Shown in pieces: positions 39,989-44,037 of a stretch of 44,037 nt of DNA. Position 1 is the stretch's first letter. Every line of letters begins with the position of its first letter. Location: the NCBI GenBank assembly GCA_048060815.1, contig JBGMQW010000001.1, positions 1-44,037 on the forward strand. Direction: 5' to 3'. The notes beneath the pieces are model-generated. The model ran no database searches. It saw nothing but the letters and a program-made list of their open reading frames with translations, and was not told the DNA's origin. The position numbers and the translations under genes are program-made. The DNA comes from Thiohalomonadales bacterium (lineage in GTDB: Bacteria; Pseudomonadota; Gammaproteobacteria; UBA6429; Thiohalophilaceae).

Positions 39989-40492
39989 ATGAAAAATTCT
40001 AATAAATCAACTTTTGTTGAAACTTACAATCGTATACTGGAAAATTTATATAATATAAAAAATTCTGTTGAAGATACGTCGCGTGAAGATTTGTCGATAA
40101 AAATGGAGTATGCAAAAAAGAAATTACAAGAATTTGAAGATATCACAAAAGAAGAAATTGATATCGTAACAAAGTATTTACACAGAGATATTACAGCAGC
40201 AACAAATCATTTGAACAAAACCAAAAATAATATTAAAGAGTGGATAGACAAAGACATAAAGTTAACAGAAGATAAATTACTTCATTTGTTTGTTAATGTT
40301 GTTGACCAAAGTCGAGTTGAGTTGCTCGAACTAGAAACTTTATTACATGAATGGCATAGCGGTGAAGTAACCGGCATTGGAGTTTTGGAATGTAAAAATT
40401 GTGGTGAAAAGATTACTTTTACCGAAACACAAATTATTAAAAATTGTTCAAAGTGTAATGGTGAAATATTTCACAAATACTTTGATTTTTAG
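39989..40492 (+). CDS. Zinc-ribbon-containing protein (DUF1451-like)
   Basis: 167 aa: a helical N-terminal part (Y..IL..L, EEID.V.KYL.RD), then GEVTGIGVLECKNCGE...CSKCNG..F, a C-x2-C ... C-x2-C ribbon. The family name is from memory. Confidence 0.65.
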   Translation: MKNSNKSTFVETYNRILENLYNIKNSVEDTSREDLSIKMEYAKKKLQEFEDITKEEIDIVTKYLHRDITAATNHLNKTKNNIKEWIDKDIKLTEDKLLHLFVNVVDQSRVELLELETLLHEWHSGEVTGIGVLECKNCGEKITFTETQIIKNCSKCNGEIFHKYFDF

Positions 40493-42036
40493 TTTATCAA
40501 CTTAAATTTTCGTTGTAAAAATACAAACACTAAAAAAAGCGCAAATACTACTAACATTGGCTTATTTCCGAGATAGACATACGGTGTTGCTCCCGTACGA
40601 GGTTGGACTTTTCCTGTTAATACAAAAGGTTCAAATTGAGGGCTAGTCTGAAGTAATTCACCGTCTTTATTAACAAACGCGCTAATCCCATTTGTAGTTA
40701 CACGCATCAATTCTCTTCCAGTTTCAACTGCACGCATTCGAGATATTTGTAAATGTTGATGTGGTGCAAATGAATCACCATACCAGGCATTATTACTACC
40801 ATTCACCAACAAAGTTGCTTCTGGAAGTTGCCGTATCACTTCTTCACCAAAGGCGTCTTCATAACAAATTGTCACAGCCAGAGTTTGCCCACCCGCTTTT
40901 AACAAAGCTTGATCCAAATCACCACGGCTAAAGCCAGACATGGGTAAATCAAGAAAAGTTATCAATCCCCTAAAAATATCTTCGAAAGGAATAAACTCAC
41001 CAAATGGTACTAAGTGTGTTTTTTTATAAACACCTGGAGTCCGACCAAAACTCATAAAAGTACTATAATATTGTCCTGTGTTTCTATTTTGTACAGGTAT
41101 TCCAATCACTAAATCCGTATTATAACTCAAAGCAGTTTTTTCTAATGGATCCAGATAACTCTCTTTTAAATCATGATAAAACATGGTTAAACTATTTTCT
41201 GGCCAAATGACGATATCACTATTCCAATGCTGTTCGGTTAAACTTTTATAGATATTTAATCTCTCATTAATTTTATCTTTATCCCATTTAGTAATTTGCG
41301 GAGCATTTCCCTGAATCAGGCTCACTAATAATGGCTTATCAACCTTTTCAGTCCATTCTATTTTTTTTAATAAATGTCCTGCAAGAAAAACAGTAACTAC
41401 CAATATTGAAAATATACCAAAGCGGTTCCAGTAATGTGAACAACTGTATTTCCAGATTAATATAAGAAAACCGGAACTCAACACAACGAACCAACTTACG
41501 CCATAAACACCAATAATTGGAGCATAACCCATTAAGCTAGTATCAATTTGTGAATATCCTAAATTAAGCCACGGAAAACCAGTAAATATTGTGCCTCGAA
41601 TCCATTCAAACATCACCCAGATTAAAGGTAAAATTAACAACACAGCTAATTGCAGATAGTATCTACAATTACTAAATTGATTTAAAACCCAGGCCGAAAA
41701 CATTCCTTGAAAACCGATCACTAAAGCAACAAATGCTACAAATAAAAATGTTAGTAAAACCGCCAATAAGAACGGCGTATTACCAAACTCATGAATAGCT
41801 ACAAAAACCCAGGATATACCAACACCAAATAAGCCAAGTCCAAATACATAAGCACGCCAGAATGCAGTCCGTGCAGAAATATTCAAAACGGATAAAAAAA
41901 GAATTGCCGGAGAAAAATAAGCTAACGGTAATAAATTTGTAGGTGCAAATGCTAGTGATAACAAAGCACCAATGAAGAACATAAAAATTAATATTTGATT
42001 GTTTGAAAATCTCTCTTTATTACGAAACACTAGCAC
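40489..42036 (-). CDS. lnt: Apolipoprotein N-acyltransferase Lnt
   Basis: 515 aa with a multi-TM N-terminal region plus a C-N hydrolase domain (WPE, K...LVPFGE, ICYE). Precedes corC-ybeY-phoH as in E. coli. Confidence 0.92.
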   Translation of the reverse strand: MLVFRNKERFSNNQILIFMFFIGALLSLAFAPTNLLPLAYFSPAILFLSVLNISARTAFWRAYVFGLGLFGVGISWVFVAIHEFGNTPFLLAVLLTFLFVAFVALVIGFQGMFSAWVLNQFSNCRYYLQLAVLLILPLIWVMFEWIRGTIFTGFPWLNLGYSQIDTSLMGYAPIIGVYGVSWFVVLSSGFLILIWKYSCSHYWNRFGIFSILVVTVFLAGHLLKKIEWTEKVDKPLLVSLIQGNAPQITKWDKDKINERLNIYKSLTEQHWNSDIVIWPENSLTMFYHDLKESYLDPLEKTALSYNTDLVIGIPVQNRNTGQYYSTFMSFGRTPGVYKKTHLVPFGEFIPFEDIFRGLITFLDLPMSGFSRGDLDQALLKAGGQTLAVTICYEDAFGEEVIRQLPEATLLVNGSNNAWYGDSFAPHQHLQISRMRAVETGRELMRVTTNGISAFVNKDGELLQTSPQFEPFVLTGKVQPRTGATPYVYLGNKPMLVVFALFLVFVFLQRKFKLIN

Positions 42037-42892
42037 CTGCCTGTGGTTCAGATATCACGGTCATATAAAGTAGATGTATTCTTCTATTATCTGCACGTAA
42101 TATTTTAAAATGGAAACCGTCAATTTCGATTAACTCACCGCGTGTCGGTAGATGTCCAATTCGATTGAGAAGCAAACCTCCAAGTGTATCATATTCATCA
42201 CTGGTAAAATCACATAAGAAGTGTTCATTAAAATCTTCAATAGGAGTTAGTGCTTTAATGGTATAGTTTTGATCACCATGATCTTTAATATAAGCATCTT
42301 CATCTATATCATGTTCATCTTCAATTTCACCGACAATTTGCTCCAATACATCCTCTATTGTAACAAGTCCGGAGACACCACCATACTCATCAACAACAAT
42401 TGCCATGTGATTACGACTCGACCGAAATTCATTTAATAAAATATTCAGGCGTTTACTTTCAGGAATTACAATTGCCTGACGAATAATATCGCGTAAATAA
42501 AACTTACTTTTATTATCACTAACAAAATACTGTAATAAATCTTTTGCTAATAGAATACCAATAACTTCATCCAGATTTTCACCAATAACAGGAAATCGTG
42601 AATGATTAGATTCAACAACAGTTGGTAATATGTCCTTAATATCTGAATCACGCTCTAAAACTACCATTTGTGAACGTGGAACCATAATATCTCTAGCTTG
42701 CATTTCAGATACTTGTAGTACCCCTTCAATCATACCAAGAGCATCAGAATCAAATAAATTTCGCTGTTCTGAATCTCGTAGCAATGTAATAAGCTGTTCC
42801 CTGTCTTGTGGTTCACCTAGCAATGCTTGTGCTAAACGTTCCAGCCAGGTCTTAGCCTGGTTTTCTGAATTAATTTGTAATTCTTCATTCAT
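42020..42892 (-). CDS. corC: CorC/YbeX (CBS pair + CorC_HlyC domain) protein
   Basis: 290 aa. MVPRSQM, a CBS pair, HMAIVVDEYGG.SGLVT.EDVLE.IVG.I.DE.D. Confidence 0.92.
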   Translation of the reverse strand: MNEELQINSENQAKTWLERLAQALLGEPQDREQLITLLRDSEQRNLFDSDALGMIEGVLQVSEMQARDIMVPRSQMVVLERDSDIKDILPTVVESNHSRFPVIGENLDEVIGILLAKDLLQYFVSDNKSKFYLRDIIRQAIVIPESKRLNILLNEFRSSRNHMAIVVDEYGGVSGLVTIEDVLEQIVGEIEDEHDIDEDAYIKDHGDQNYTIKALTPIEDFNEHFLCDFTSDEYDTLGGLLLNRIGHLPTRGELIEIDGFHFKILRADNRRIHLLYMTVISEPQAGASVS

Positions 42893-43349
42893 ATTTCATT
42901 TACCTGATAAGGGTTCTGAAACCCTAATTTATTAAGAATTTGGACTTCCATATCTTCCATTTCGTGTGCCTGCCCTATAGTTATATGATCAAAACCTTGT
43001 AAATGTAAAACACCATGTATTACTAAATGAGCCCAATGCTCCAGTTCTGTTTTAGATTGCTTCCGTGCTTCTGTTGCTACAATTTGTGCACATATTACTA
43101 AATCACCCAATAAAATCAGATCAACATTATTTTCAACTTCAAAAGGAAATGCAAGAACGTTCGTTGCTGAATTTTTATTTCGATATTTTTCGTTAAGCCC
43201 AGCACTTTCAGTTTCGTTTACAATTCGAATTGTAAGCTCAACTTGCTTAGTCAAATCTATGTTTGCTGCATTTGCCCACTTGGAAAATAGTTCTTCATTA
43301 GGTATATTTAGTTTTTTTTTACTATATATTGTACAGTAACATTAATCAT
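42889..43349 (-). CDS. ybeY: Endoribonuclease YbeY, reading frame broken at an A9 run; needs A10 or a -1 slip for the full 153-aa product
   Basis: The body (42889..43341 frame) carries TNVLAFPFE and the zinc site [15 protein letters not shown] but has no ATG/GTG start; the track ORF begins at an internal TTG (43254). An ATG at 43349 overlaps the phoH stop (ATGA) and encodes [13 protein letters not shown]-stop in the other frame. The two frames meet in the A9 run. Confidence 0.85.
43312..43320 (-). other. Poly(A)9 tract (T9 on + strand) at the ybeY frame junction
   Basis: Counted directly: g43311, then nine t (43312..43320), then a43321. The upstream frame reads GTA AAA AAA AAC TAA. The body frame reads AGT AAA AAA AAA CTA AAT. 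Confidence 0.95.
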
Positions 43350-44037
43350 GATGGATCAAATTCTTGTTCGTATTTATCATATGCTGTTACTATTTTTTGT
43401 ACCAAAGGGTGACGGACAACATCTTTTGCTTGAAAAAAAGTAAAACTAATATCGTTTACGCCTTTTAATACATCAATAACATGTCGTAAACCTGATTTTT
43501 GACCACGGGGTAAATCAATTTGTGTGATATCACCGGTAATAACTGCTGTTGAATTAAAACCAATACGCGTTAAAAACATTTTCATTTGTTCAGTTGTTGT
43601 ATTTTGCGCTTCATCCAGAATAATAAAAGAATCGTTTAGTGTTCGTCCACGCATATAAGCTAACGGGGCTACTTCTATCACATTCCTCTCAATTAATTTT
43701 GCAACTTGCTCAAAACCCAGCATTTCGTACAAAGCATCATATAGTGGTCTTAAATAAGGATCGATTTTTTGAGCGAGGTCTCCCGGTAAAAATCCCAGAC
43801 GTTCACCAGCTTCTACAGCAGGACGGGTTAATACTATTCTTCGGACTTCATCTTGATCAAATGCTTGAATTGCACATGCGACAGCTAAATACGTCTTACC
43901 TGTCCCTGCAGGACCAATCCCAAAATTTAGATCATTGCGAATTATATCTTGCAAGTAATTTTTCTGATTTGGTCCTCGTCCGGTAATAGAGCGTCGAGGA
44001 GTTTGAATTATAGGTGAAATGTGTTTATCTGAATCTT
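43346..44037 (-). CDS. phoH: PhoH-like ATPase YbeZ, 5' end outside the window
   Basis: Walker [14 protein letters not shown] and Walker B IILDEAQN. The frame stays open upstream of the track start, which is an internal TTG, to the window edge (..[26 protein letters not shown]..). Confidence 0.9.
   Translation of the reverse strand, partial: DSDKHISPIIQTPRRSITGRGPNQKNYLQDIIRNDLNFGIGPAGTGKTYLAVACAIQAFDQDEVRRIVLTRPAVEAGERLGFLPGDLAQKIDPYLRPLYDALYEMLGFEQVAKLIERNVIEVAPLAYMRGRTLNDSFIILDEAQNTTTEQMKMFLTRIGFNSTAVITGDITQIDLPRGQKSGLRHVIDVLKGVNDISFTFFQAKDVVRHPLVQKIVTAYDKYEQEFDPS

Noticed and set aside
43952-43954. The ORF-track start of the phoH-like gene at 43954.
   Set aside because: It is a TTG inside an uninterrupted frame that continues to the window edge (..[16 protein letters not shown]..). 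The gene is truncated by the window, not short.

Overview
A 44-kb chromosomal window from an AT-rich gammaproteobacterium (about one-third G+C by eye, not computed). It is almost entirely conserved core genome. Minus strand: murA-ibaG-mlaB-mlaD-mlaE-mlaF. Plus strand: mlaA-yrbG-kdsD-kdsC-lptC-lptA-lptB-rpoN-hpf-ptsN-hprK-rapZ-EIIA(Man)-ptsH-ptsI-mgtE. Then pmbA / yjgA / tldD. A long minus-strand run follows: C-N hydrolase, an orphan gene, yhdP-rng-maf-rlmH-rsfS-nadD-proA-holA-lptE-leuS. A small accessory patch holds an hxlR-type regulator, a GST, a TusE/DsrC-family gene and a DUF1451-like zinc-ribbon gene. The window ends with lnt-corC-ybeY-phoH, where phoH runs off the edge. I found no rRNA, tRNA, CRISPR array, transposase, phage gene or recognisable multi-gene defence or secretion island, so I cannot point to a new protein-coding system. 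The signals not explained by ordinary annotation are these. (1) Two MITE-like nested palindromic elements with different termini sit 4 bp apart in what reconstructs as a 9-nt lptE-holA junction, and a ~94% identical second copy of one of them lies at 39.7 kb. (2) The two element types share a ~68-bp GC-rich core in opposite orientation, with one compensatory base-pair change in an internal stem. (3) ybeY has its ATG and first 13 codons out of frame with the catalytic body at an A9 run; A10 or a -1 slip would restore a normal 153-aa YbeY. (4) Gene content is unusual: no mlaC in the mla operon, rlmH directly abuts maf where mrdAB and mreBCD normally sit, and a permease-less PTS with HprK is joined to the rpoN operon. 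Product calls rest on motif and family recognition by eye plus synteny. No database search was run.
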